Below are positions 13,401 to 23,103 of a DNA stretch of 64,000 nucleotides, piece by piece. The notes under the pieces are model-generated. The model was not told where the DNA came from, did no database searches, and worked only from the letters and a program-made list of their open reading frames with translations. Made by a program: the position numbers and the translations under genes. Source of the stretch: Rhynchopus sp. YZ270_cl-10. Taxonomy: Eukaryota. The number at the start of each line of letters is the position of its first letter. Position 1 is the first letter of the stretch. The DNA lies in contig OZ037838.1 of NCBI GenBank assembly GCA_964035575.1, positions 1,922,001-1,986,000 on the forward strand, given 5' to 3'.

Positions 13401-14630
13401 GGGTTTGCTGCAAATACGATTGATGAAAGCAAATATATTCAACTAATTCCTAATGGGTTTTTTTTTACCCATTAGGAATTAGTGCGTATGACGTGGGTAG
13501 CGTACCAACTAATCAACAAGACGAACGGGGTTTTTATTATTTCCTCTCGACGTTAATTCATCTATCTTCCACTTTATTCTGAGTTCAAAGGTGCAAAAGT
13601 CAAGGAAAACGTCCGAATGGAAGTTATCTAATGAGCAAGAAATTCAGAAGGTTACCTTTTAAGGGGGGATACTTACACCTACACAGCGCAGCATTGCGCA
13701 CCTCGTACTCAATTGCATTACACAGACTGGAGATGTTGAGCCGAATGAAGGTTCGAGAAGTTGGAGAGAAAGTTGACCTATTGCCTGCTTCCACACCTGT
13801 GGTGTGTGGCATCCTGTAAGTTCTTTGTGAAGTGTTTACGTCAACATAATTTGAATTACACACGCAAACCTTTCCAACAGTTTATTTATTTGAATGAAAG
13901 TATTTTAGTTTTGAGAAACAGGATCGTGGCAGCACTAACTCATCTTCAGTTACCTGCAGGTTTTTGTTTCCTCCTTTTGTGCACAACACAGGAAAACGGG
14001 AAACGAAATTGTGGATAGGTTTTCAGTTGACAACTTGCACGCTTCCATTTTTTTTTTGCAGACAACAACGCAGTGTAACGCAGCGTAACGCAGTGTAACG
14101 GAGTGGTTGTTAGGAAATAATACAAACTGTAAGGATCGTACCTTTTTGGAATCGAAGGATGAATTCGTGTGTATAATTCGATAGTCTTGCATTTGTTTCC
14201 TCTCTCCCTTTCTCCCCAACCTCTGCTCCCCGACTCCAATTCAACCAACACTCACAGACGGGGCCAAAACAAACTCTGCGTTTCAAATAAATAATTAGAA
14301 AAAAAAAAATGTTCTCCATTTTTTATTTTTACTTCCTAGATGTGACTAGGCATGTGAGGCTTGGGATCATCTTTCAATACTTCTTCCTATTTTAGCGCAC
14401 CTTTCGCCGCTTGAAGTCGTCCTGTGAGGTCTTAGTCTTCGGGAATGAGAAGTAGTATCCACCGTTTAAAGTGCGATCGAAATAATTTATTGTTATACTG
14501 GGCTTGATTTTTTATTACTCATCAACGCCCAGTGTTGCCAGTGCAGGTCACTGTTGTACACTACATTACACCCTTAGGCCTTTTCTTTACTGGCAATAAG
14601 ATAACCGCAGCTTTACAGCGCAATTAATTC

Positions 14631-14800
14631 TGAACAAGATAAAACAAAAAAGCTTGCGTTTCTTTTATCGAACAGATTTTATTCTCCGCCCCGTACCCAA
14701 AACGTAAACACCACTTTGAATCAGAAAAAATATTTTCTTTTCTTTTTTCTTCCACACGCGCTTGGTTTTTGTGTTTCATTAACTTTTATCAAAAAGCTTT
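14631..14800 (+). repeat. Split direct repeat A1 (170 bp)
   Basis: tgaacaagat...aaaaagcttt matches 19407-19576. Confidence 0.95.
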
Positions 14801-14843
14801 ACCGTTCTTTTCCCTCTTTTTCTTCTCTTCTTTCTCTCTCATT

Positions 14844-16235
14844 ATGCCTGCCACGGACACCCGCACGAAGGCGCAGCTCCTTGCGGCTCTGCGAGACATG
14901 AAGAGGCAGGCGGAGGATCAGAGGGCGGACCTGGAGGAGCGCGAGGCGCGGATGGAGAAGAAGCTGGATCGGGCAATGTCATCTTTGGCGGCGCGAGACC
15001 CGCCCGCCGACCACCAACAATATTGTTACGACCTCCAGGATGAAGGAATGGAGGGTCGCGGGGGGTGGGATCAGAGCGGGTACGAGGCGTGGGACTATGG
15101 GGATGATAATGAAGGGGACCCCGTTGATGACGTGCCGGGTAACGGTGCAGATGTTGACGACGACGACGACCTGACGGAGGAACCGAATACGCAGACGACA
15201 AAGCCACCTGTGGTGAAGCCGGCGACGAAGGCTGCGACGCGTGCTGCGAAACCGTCTCCGCGTGCGTCCCCCGAAAGCCCTGCGACGTTGTCCGAGATGG
15301 TGGAGGCCGTGACGGCGGCCGTGCTGGCGCGTCTTCCTCCGCAGCTCCCCGCGCAGGGCAAGACGCCTGATGTCCCGCCGACGCCGAAGCTGGCTGGGAA
15401 GAGACGCAGAGACCCGCCGTGTGACATTTTCCCATTGCTGACAACGGCGGCTGCGGACGCCTTGTACGTGGCGTACACGGAGGAGCACGGGGACTTTTTC
15501 TTTGACCGCATGCCTGAAGAGGTGTCTCGTTTGCTCGCCAACTGCGACAAGCAAGCCGAAGCCATGACGGTCTTATCGGATTACGCGCCGCTCTCCGCAC
15601 CGAAGGGCCCTGTGACGCAGTCTTCTGCCGACGACGACCAGGAGGAGGAAGGTGCAGACATTCGGTGCTACACTGAAGTGTCCAGGTGGCCTGAGACGTT
15701 TGACGAGTCCTGGTTTGCGGAGTTTGAGCGGGTACTCCGTGCTAGGACGGACATGTACGCGTTTCTGGGCAACCACGGGCTTCAGGAGAAACGCGACAGG
15801 ACTTTTCTGACCATCCGAAACTTTTGGATCTTCCGGAACCAGAACCCCGCAGCGCTGACCGAATGGCTCCGCCGCATGAGGGGGCACATGGCTGAACTGG
15901 AGGCCCTCCGTGCCACCTACACCACGAGGTCCCCGGGGGCGGCCGAACACATGCGCAGGCAGCTCGAGTCGAATAATCTTCCTCGCGCCCTGCGTGACGC
16001 CCGCAGGAGGTTCGAGGTGGATTTTCGGCCTACGGGAAAGTCGAATGGGGCCACGCACAACACCACGCACTTTCCCAGAAAATCGACAGGCAGAGCGACC
16101 CCGAGGCCGGCCCAGACCCCGAAGCCCACACCGAAGACTGCCCCGAAGAAGCCGGAGGGGAAGGCCTGCCACCGGTTCCTGAAGGGGCTTGCGTGCCTCA
16201 AGCATCCTTGCCCGTTCGAACACCAGAAGCAGTGA
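14844..16235 (+). CDS. Gag-like ORF1 of the YR retrotransposon (463 aa)
   Basis: N-terminal coiled-coil-like segment, acidic and Pro-rich linkers, and a C-terminal CCCH-type finger CHRFLKGLACLKHPCPFEH. First ORF after A1. Confidence 0.8.
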   Translation: MPATDTRTKAQLLAALRDMKRQAEDQRADLEEREARMEKKLDRAMSSLAARDPPADHQQYCYDLQDEGMEGRGGWDQSGYEAWDYGDDNEGDPVDDVPGNGADVDDDDDLTEEPNTQTTKPPVVKPATKAATRAAKPSPRASPESPATLSEMVEAVTAAVLARLPPQLPAQGKTPDVPPTPKLAGKRRRDPPCDIFPLLTTAAADALYVAYTEEHGDFFFDRMPEEVSRLLANCDKQAEAMTVLSDYAPLSAPKGPVTQSSADDDQEEEGADIRCYTEVSRWPETFDESWFAEFERVLRARTDMYAFLGNHGLQEKRDRTFLTIRNFWIFRNQNPAALTEWLRRMRGHMAELEALRATYTTRSPGAAEHMRRQLESNNLPRALRDARRRFEVDFRPTGKSNGATHNTTHFPRKSTGRATPRPAQTPKPTPKTAPKKPEGKACHRFLKGLACLKHPCPFEHQKQ

Positions 16236-17201
16236 CCACGATGGGAGGACTCGGTGGCGGGGCTGGAGGCGCGAGCGACGTGTGCCGCGACGAAGGCGCA
16301 GACGCGCAGCATCGTGCGGAAGTACGAAATGTACACGCGCGCCTGCGGACTCGGGCAGATGCCGCACCCTTTGCGCCTACGGGCGTTCGCCGCCGCAATG
16401 TTGTCGGATCGGATGAGCGCGGAGGAGAAGGAGAGGCTGCTGGTGCGAGCGCCGGGGCAACGTGGGCGACCCTTCTCCCTGGCGATGACGACGTCGGCGC
16501 TGGAGCGGTACGTGAACGTGCTGGCTCGGGTGCTGGAAGTGCCGGACAGTGTGCTGAGGGAGACCCGCAAGGGGCTGGTGCGCACTCGCCTGGAACGACG
16601 GGAAACCCCCACTCACGCGCCACCCCTGCCCTACACCTGCATGCAGCAGACTTGGAAGCGTCTCTGGCGAGAGGGAAACAGTGTTCTGTGTGCGGCCGTG
16701 GCGTTGGCGTGGACGGGTGCGCTGCGCATGGCAGACCTGCGTGCTATACTCCCATCAGACGTCGTGCTCCCAGAAGCAGGCAGGGTGGGCACGGGCACCA
16801 TTGCGATAAGGTGGTGGACGGTGAAGGAGGCCAGGCTACGAGGGGACCCAGCCGAGCTGCTATACACCCTCCCCGAGCATATGTTCCCTGCCATCCGCCG
16901 GTGGAAGCTACGCGGGATGGCGTTCAGTGTGTCAGACATCCGCAACCTGGGACGGGAGACCTCTCTGCACTTCCCCGAATATCGCGACCACTCCTGGAAG
17001 AGAGGGGCCTTGCAGCACTTGGCGATGATGGGGGCCACGTGGGGGGATATGCTGGTGGTGGCACGCCACAAGGAGGTCGACACGCTCCGCCGATACCTCT
17101 GGGGGTGCATCACTCCCGACTTCCTGTCCCTGGAGCGCACATCGGCGATGCTGCACCGCCCGATACCCCAGAGCTGGAGAGCGTCGGGGCGCTCCGACTG
17201 A
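16236..17201 (+). CDS. Tyrosine recombinase (YR) of the retrotransposon; in frame with Gag, start uncertain
   Basis: Catalytic-type motifs WTGALRMADL (R), TVKEAR (K), HSWKRGA (H..K/R), ARHK (H) and TLRRYL (Y). Confidence 0.9.
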   Translation, partial: PRWEDSVAGLEARATCAATKAQTRSIVRKYEMYTRACGLGQMPHPLRLRAFAAAMLSDRMSAEEKERLLVRAPGQRGRPFSLAMTTSALERYVNVLARVLEVPDSVLRETRKGLVRTRLERRETPTHAPPLPYTCMQQTWKRLWREGNSVLCAAVALAWTGALRMADLRAILPSDVVLPEAGRVGTGTIAIRWWTVKEARLRGDPAELLYTLPEHMFPAIRRWKLRGMAFSVSDIRNLGRETSLHFPEYRDHSWKRGALQHLAMMGATWGDMLVVARHKEVDTLRRYLWGCITPDFLSLERTSAMLHRPIPQSWRASGRSD

Positions 17202-18967
17202 CGGAACGGAACCGTGTGTCCGACTGGTGTCCGGAGTATGCGCGATCATTGGAGACGTCCCACCCTCTGCTTGAGTGGGACTACGACATTGTGGCAGTGG
17301 TGGCGACACATGTGCGTGTGCTGGCGCAGGAGATCGATGCGGCGTGGCAGGGCTGCGACCTGTCGGAGGACAGTGAGACTTGTTTTGTGGAAGATCCGGA
17401 AGGCCACCTCCTGCACCTGAGCTCGGGCTCCGATGTGGCTGACTCGCTCCGCAGGCACGAGCGCATGATTGGGGAATGTGCGGCCTCGGTGTATGCGGTT
17501 GGTGTGGCCCGTGGTCCGTCGAAGGGTTGCGATGCGGCATTGGATGTGCTCCCGGACAGCCGCCTGAACCTATCTGTAGTGGAGGAAGGGCTGAACGAGT
17601 GGGAACGTACGCTCCTGAGGGACTATGTGAACGAGCCCATGCTGCATACGACCACCCGCAAACAGTGCCAGACCTCCTCCTCGCTCACCTGTGCGGACCT
17701 CGCCAGCTTGGTGAAGAAGGGCATCCTGCGCGTAGCTGTGGGCAGGCCGCACATCACCCTCCCCACCTTCAAGATTGGCAAGAAGAACGGCCTGGCGCGC
17801 CTTCTGGTCGATGGGAGGGAGTTTGACAAGAGGTCAAAGCCAGTGCTCCCTCCGCTCACCCCACAACTCTCCGACCTCGAGCGTTTCGTGCTCCAGCACA
17901 ACTTCTTCTGCTGTGTCGACTTTCTGGGATATTTTTTCCAGATCCCTGTCGGCCCCGATCTGCAGACCAAGCTGGGGATCAGGACCACAGAAGGGTATTT
18001 CTGCTTCCGGGTGGCGGTCCCGGGGATCAGCAGGGCTCCCTCTGTCGCGCAGCTGGCCACACTGGGGATGCTACAGCGAGCTAACCTCCGTTCAGTGTCC
18101 CTTGCGATATATGACGATGTCTGCATTGCAGGTCAGACACTGGCGGAGGTGGAGCAGCGACGACAGGCTTTCGATGCGACGTTGCGTGACGCGAACTGCG
18201 TGGTGAGGGAGGAGAAGCGGGTGGACCCCACACACTGCGCGGTGTTCATTGGTGTCCAGCTGGACATGTCGGCGAAGACGTTGGCGCTGGACGAGGACTG
18301 GAGGAGTAAGCTGCTGGCGTCGCCTACGCCCCGGACTCTCACCTGCAGAGCGGTGGCCCACCACATTGGGTGCTACAGATGGGCGCACTTGGTCATGCGC
18401 ACGCCGATCGCTGGGTTCACCCTGATGTGCCGCCTCTCTCGGCAGCTAAGCCGCCACTGCACTACGGCGAAAGAGTGGGACAGGTCGGTTACCTTGACGG
18501 GCTCCTTGCTAGCGGAGTTTCGCCGTGCTGAGAAGTGGCTGGCGGCGTGTCGTCCCCGGCGTGTTCTGGCAGATGCGCCTGCGTGGCACATATGGTCTGA
18601 TGCCAGCGACGTGGGTGCGTCTGTTGTCTTGCTGGACCCTGTGGCACGGAAGGTGAAGGCACGTGTGGACTGGACGTGGGATGCTCTCCTGCTGACGTGC
18701 CGCCCACCCACGCCTATTCGCAGGAGGGAGCTGGTGACCGCCCTCATCGCCATGGCTGTGGCTGACTCTGTTGCCCCGCGAGGGTATGGATTGGATTGTT
18801 TTCATGACAATTCCACTGCGGAGTCACGCCACCGCAAAGGTTCGTCGCCCCACCCTCAGGAGGACCAGCTGATGGCAAGACTGATGTCAGGCATAAGTCT
18901 TCGGAGAAGGTTCACCACGCACCTGGTCGGGACGAAGCTGATGGTGGCGGACCTGGACACGCGATGA
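16241..18967 (+). CDS. Reverse transcriptase-RNase H polyprotein; N-terminal part overlaps YR, true start uncertain
   Basis: RT motifs FKIGKKNGLARLLVDGR, VDFLGYFFQI, PGISRAPSVAQ, AIYDDVCI and FIGVQLD. RNase H motifs WSDASDVG, RRELVTA, HDNSTA and ADLDTR. Confidence 0.9.
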   Translation: MGGLGGGAGGASDVCRDEGADAQHRAEVRNVHARLRTRADAAPFAPTGVRRRNVVGSDERGGEGEAAGASAGATWATLLPGDDDVGAGAVRERAGSGAGSAGQCAEGDPQGAGAHSPGTTGNPHSRATPALHLHAADLEASLARGKQCSVCGRGVGVDGCAAHGRPACYTPIRRRAPRSRQGGHGHHCDKVVDGEGGQATRGPSRAAIHPPRAYVPCHPPVEATRDGVQCVRHPQPGTGDLSALPRISRPLLEERGLAALGDDGGHVGGYAGGGTPQGGRHAPPIPLGVHHSRLPVPGAHIGDAAPPDTPELESVGALRLTERNRVSDWCPEYARSLETSHPLLEWDYDIVAVVATHVRVLAQEIDAAWQGCDLSEDSETCFVEDPEGHLLHLSSGSDVADSLRRHERMIGECAASVYAVGVARGPSKGCDAALDVLPDSRLNLSVVEEGLNEWERTLLRDYVNEPMLHTTTRKQCQTSSSLTCADLASLVKKGILRVAVGRPHITLPTFKIGKKNGLARLLVDGREFDKRSKPVLPPLTPQLSDLERFVLQHNFFCCVDFLGYFFQIPVGPDLQTKLGIRTTEGYFCFRVAVPGISRAPSVAQLATLGMLQRANLRSVSLAIYDDVCIAGQTLAEVEQRRQAFDATLRDANCVVREEKRVDPTHCAVFIGVQLDMSAKTLALDEDWRSKLLASPTPRTLTCRAVAHHIGCYRWAHLVMRTPIAGFTLMCRLSRQLSRHCTTAKEWDRSVTLTGSLLAEFRRAEKWLAACRPRRVLADAPAWHIWSDASDVGASVVLLDPVARKVKARVDWTWDALLLTCRPPTPIRRRELVTALIAMAVADSVAPRGYGLDCFHDNSTAESRHRKGSSPHPQEDQLMARLMSGISLRRRFTTHLVGTKLMVADLDTR

Positions 18968-19239
18968 GCCGGTGCTTGCGTGTGAGTTTTTGATGTTGTG
19001 ATGTCTGCGTTTTTATTGCTTTTACTTGTGTTTTTTGATTTTATTGACGGCACTCTGTGGCAGGTGAGATAGCCCTGGCGGTCTCTCATCTCTCGGGTGT
19101 TTTTTCTTGTTGTTGTTGTTGTTTTCTTCTTTTTGCGTCTGTCGCGCGTATCGTCCATCCCTTGCCTATGCTGGTGTCCCGCCTGTGGTCACTGGGGCTA
19201 CGGAGATGGGTGAAAATGAGGGGGGGGTAGTTGTTTATG

Positions 19240-19576
19240 TCCCTAGTTTCGACGCGAAACGTTTCCCCATGTATTGCACGGGAAACAATATATATGACAA
19301 ACAGGTGCAGGGTGGTTCCGTGCTTATCATAGAACCCGGCACCTTGTGTGTCTTCCAAAAACCAAAAAGCGTTGTGTGTGAAGTTTTGAAGGAAGGAAAA
19401 ATAAAATGAACAAGATAAAACAAAAAAGCTTGCGTTTCTTTTATCGAACAGATTTTATTCTCCGCCCCGTACCCAAAACGTAAACACCACTTTGAATCAG
19501 AAAAAATATTTTCTTTTCTTTTTTCTTCCACACGCGCTTGGTTTTTGTGTTTCATTAACTTTTATCAAAAAGCTTT
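19240..19576 (+). repeat. Internal B1-A2 junction (right end fused to left end)
   Basis: B1 19240-19406 directly abuts A2 19407-19576 at ...ggaaaaataaaa|tgaacaagat... Confidence 0.95.
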
Positions 19577-19749
19577 CCCTCCCTCCACTCCCTGCTTTTT
19601 CTTCATAAAGTTGTGCCTTATTGGCTTGATTGCTTGTTTAGCTCTTTCTCTGTGCTGCTCGCGCATTGTCTGTTTTCCCTTGCGTGCATGTTTTACATGG
19701 TGTTTCTCTCTGTTGCTACTGGCACACTGTTTTGTTTCTTCCTGTTGCA

Positions 19750-21248
19750 CGAAAGCGGATGAGCTAATACTGGGTAACCCTGCTTGAGCTGAGTTCTTGA
19801 TGATCCCGGGTGATTCCAGGGTTAGAGTTCTTGTGGCTTCTCGCATGGGTTGGTTCTGCTTGCGTAGAGATCTTGTTGATCCCGGGTGATAAAGAGACGG
19901 AGTGCCGTAGGGGCTCGTCTTTCCAGGGCTAGAGTTCTCGATGCCACTTGTAGGCTTGTTGATCCCGGGTGATAGGAGACTGAGCTCCATATGGGCTTGT
20001 CTCTCCAGGGGTAGAGCTCTGTGGTCGCCTGCATTACTGTGTATTTATGCTCGGATGTTTTTTGTGTCTATTCGCGTATCTCTTTTCTTTCCTGGTACAT
20101 GTATTCGGACGAGTGTATACTGGGTAACCCTGCCTGAGCAGAGTTCTTGAGGATCCCGGGTGATTCCAGGGCTAGAGTTCTTGTGGCTTCTCGCATGGGT
20201 TGGTTCTGCTTGCGTAGAGATCTTGTTGATCCCGGGTGATAAAGAGACTGAGTGCCGTATGGGCTCGTCTTTCCAGGGCTAGAGTTCTCGATGCCACTTG
20301 TAGGCTTGTTGATCCCGGGTGATAGGAGACTGAGCTCCATATGGGCTTGTCTCTCCAGGGGTAGAGCTCTGTGGTCGCCTGCATTACTGTGTATTTATGC
20401 TCGGATGTTTCTTGTGTCCATTTGCTCTGTCTTACTTTCCTGTTACATGAATGCGGATGAGTGTATACTGGGTAACCCTGCTTGAGCAGAGTTCTTGAGG
20501 ATCCCGGGTGATTCCAGGGGTAGAGTTCTTGTGGCTTCTCGCATGGGTTGGTTCTGCTTGCGTAGAGATCTTGTTGATCCCGGGTGATAAAGAGACGGAG
20601 TGCCGTATGGGCTCGTCTTTCCAGGGCTAGAGTTCTCGATGCCACTTGTAGGCTTGTTGATCCCGGGTGATAGGAGACTGAGCTCCATATGGGCTTGTCT
20701 CTCCAGGGGTAGAGCTCTGTGGTCGCCTGCATTACTGTGTATTTACGCTCGGATGTGTTTTGTGTCTACTTGCTTATCTCTTTTCTTTCCTGTTACATGA
20801 ATGCGGATGAGTGTATACTGGGTAACCCTGCTTGAGCAGAGTTCTTGAGGATCCCGGGTGATTCCAGGGGTAGAGTTCTTGTGGCTTCTCGCATGGGTTG
20901 GTTCTGCTTGCGTAGAGATCTTGTTGATCCCGGGTGATAAAGAGACGGAGTGCCGTATGGGCTCGTCTTTCCAGGGCTAGAGTTCTCGATGCCACTTGTA
21001 GGCTTGTTGATCCCGGGTGATAGGAGACTGAGCTCCATATGGGCTTGTCTCTCCAGGGGTAGAGCTCTGTGGTCGCCTGCATTACTGTGTATTTACGCTC
21101 GGATGTTTTTTGTGTCTATTTGCTCTGTCCTACTTTCCTGTTACATGCATGCGGATGAGTGTATACTGGGTATCCCTGCTTGAGCTGAGTTCTTGATGAT
21201 CCCGGGTGATTCCAGGGTTAGAGTTCTTGTGGCTTCTCGCATGGGTAT
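19750..21248. repeat. Tandem array of ~350-bp units (4 full + 1 partial) inside the retroelement
   Basis: Anchor tgggta(a/t)ccctg at 19771, 20121, 20469, 20819 and 21167 (periods 350/348/350/348). Each unit holds three gatcccgggtgat...ccagggntagag sub-repeats. Confidence 0.95.
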
Positions 21249-21587
21249 CTCTTCTGCTGCCTGTAGACACATGATTTTGTACCTGTAGTGCTTGACGTAA
21301 GATTTAATGTTGATCTGGCCCGTCCTGGGAAGTGATCTTGTGGTCGGCACTGAATGCGGTCATGTGTCTTTGTCTTACGATATTTTTGCCACCTCGATGT
21401 GGTGTTTCTTATGACGTTTCTCTGATACCTCCCTTGGGAGCATGAATACATGCCTCTTTTAGCTCTGTCAGTACACAGCCAACCGGCGTGCTGCTCTTCT
21501 TACGTTTCTCTTGTCTTTGGTCATATATCAGTAGTTTATGCAAACGTCTCAAATTTAAAAACCCCTGTTACCTGTGTTGTCATTGTT

Positions 21588-21754
21588 TCCCTAGTTTCGA
21601 CGCGAAACGTTTCCCCATGTATTGCACGGGAAACAATATATATGACAAACAGGTGCAGGGTGGTTCCGTGCTTATCATAGAACCCGGCACCTTGTGTGTC
21701 TTCCAAAAACCAAAAAGCGTTGTGTGTGAAGTTTTGAAGGAAGGAAAAATAAAA
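21588..21754 (+). repeat. Split direct repeat B2 (167 bp)
   Basis: tccctagtttcgacgcg...ggaaaaataaaa matches 19240-19406. Confidence 0.95.
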
Positions 21755-22169
21755 CCTACTAAAGATAATTCCCCTGTATTTTACTAAGGGAAAATCCCTA
21801 GTAAAATACAGGCAAAAATCCAGGTAAAAATCACTTTGTCTTGATTTTTAAGTAAAAATACAGGGTGCAACGAAACCAGAAAAAAACTTCGTCAATGGAC
21901 GTTTCTGCGTTCCGAGCTTCCAACACAAAAATTTTGTATTTTTTTTTCGCGATTTTTTTTAACTTAGCACTGCATGTGCTTAGAAAACCCGAATTTTTTA
22001 CCCTTCAAAATTGCATTTGAGGAACTCACAACGCGTCAAAACGAAAAGGTCGTTTTTGGCACTTTTAAAACCGGGCTCCGCTGAGTTCACCATATTTTTG
22101 CTTGATTTATTTAGTGGAGTAACTAATTAGTAATCGCATTCTCGGACAAAAATTCGGTACACAGTCAAT

Positions 22170-22355
22170 ACCATCGATTCCCACTTCCTGCTCAATTGCA
22201 AGGGGTTAACCAGACTCGACCTCTCTGGGTTTACAAATGTCACCCATGTCGGTGGCTCATTTCTTTGGTTCTTGGACTCGCACCTTGAAATTGTACATGA
22301 TGGAGTTCGCAGCAGCAGCCATTTGGTGAGACAGCGTACCCTAAATTATAGTCAT
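22170..22355 (+). pseudogene. Ubl-LRR family 3' remnant
   Basis: ctcgacctctctgggtttacaaatgtcacccatgtcggt is an LRR unit, similar to 46175-46310. Confidence 0.6.
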
Positions 22356-23103
22356 GATTTTCAGACCCCGTCCCTTCTTTCGTAAGTTGCCACAACCACC
22401 CTCCCTCAGTCCCGCCCTATGTAATTTAGCTACAACAGCAAATGTACTGTGCACAGTTATTTTCCCCGCGCAATGTGTTAGTCTTAGTTTCCCACCCGAC
22501 CCCTATTTTCCCACCCCCACCCCTAGTTCATACGCAAGGGCATCTTCTTGCCATGCACCTTCTTCTATTCTTCTTTTCCATCCCCCACCCCGTTTCCTTA
22601 CTGTGCTTGCACTACCCACCCCCCTTAAAAAGGAGAGAACGTTGACCAATTTCCTGCTTCCACACCTGTGGTGTGTGGCACGGGATTTGGAATTCATTTT
22701 TCCCACATTCCACACTCCCCAGTCATTTCGCCCCTTTGCAGAAAAGGAACGTTATGTAACCCATGATCCCCCCCCAGTGCCATCCTTTGTGTCTACACTC
22801 ATACACCATATTTTCAAAGAAAAGCAAAATAATCAATAAAAAGGAAGCACAACAAAACACGAAACCACACACCTTTGTTTCCCCTCTGTACCTCCCCGCT
22901 CTCCTCTTTTGCAAGAACGCTCCTTCGCTAATGACGCGATCTCCTTTGCTGCAGACAACAGCTCTCTGCGTACGACACTCTATGTCGTTCTTGGAGACTC
23001 ACTTCTACGAAACACGCATTTAACCCACCAACCTTCTTATTTGTCATTGCGAAGTGACACCACCAACCATCACATCAAACACAACAGACCCCTTAACAAT
23101 ACA

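Larger units (their letters stand above)
14631..21754 (+). mobile_element. Full-length tyrosine-recombinase retrotransposon (DIRS order; VIPER/TATE-like gene order; split direct repeats)
   Basis: Gag-like, YR and RT/RNase H ORFs, bounded by repeats A1 14631-14800, B1 19240-19406, A2 19407-19576 and B2 21588-21754. No TSD seen. Confidence 0.93.

Noticed and set aside
14844..18967. Diversity-generating retroelement driving the variable WD40/LRR genes
   Set aside because: The RT carries RNase H and sits in a YR retrotransposon. There is no template/variable repeat pair with adenine-specific differences, and the variation is block-wise with indels.
19750..21248. CRISPR array or hammerhead ribozyme array
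   Set aside because: The inter-repeat segments recur rather than being unique spacers, there are no cas genes, and I found no CUGANGA...GAAA core on either strand by eye.
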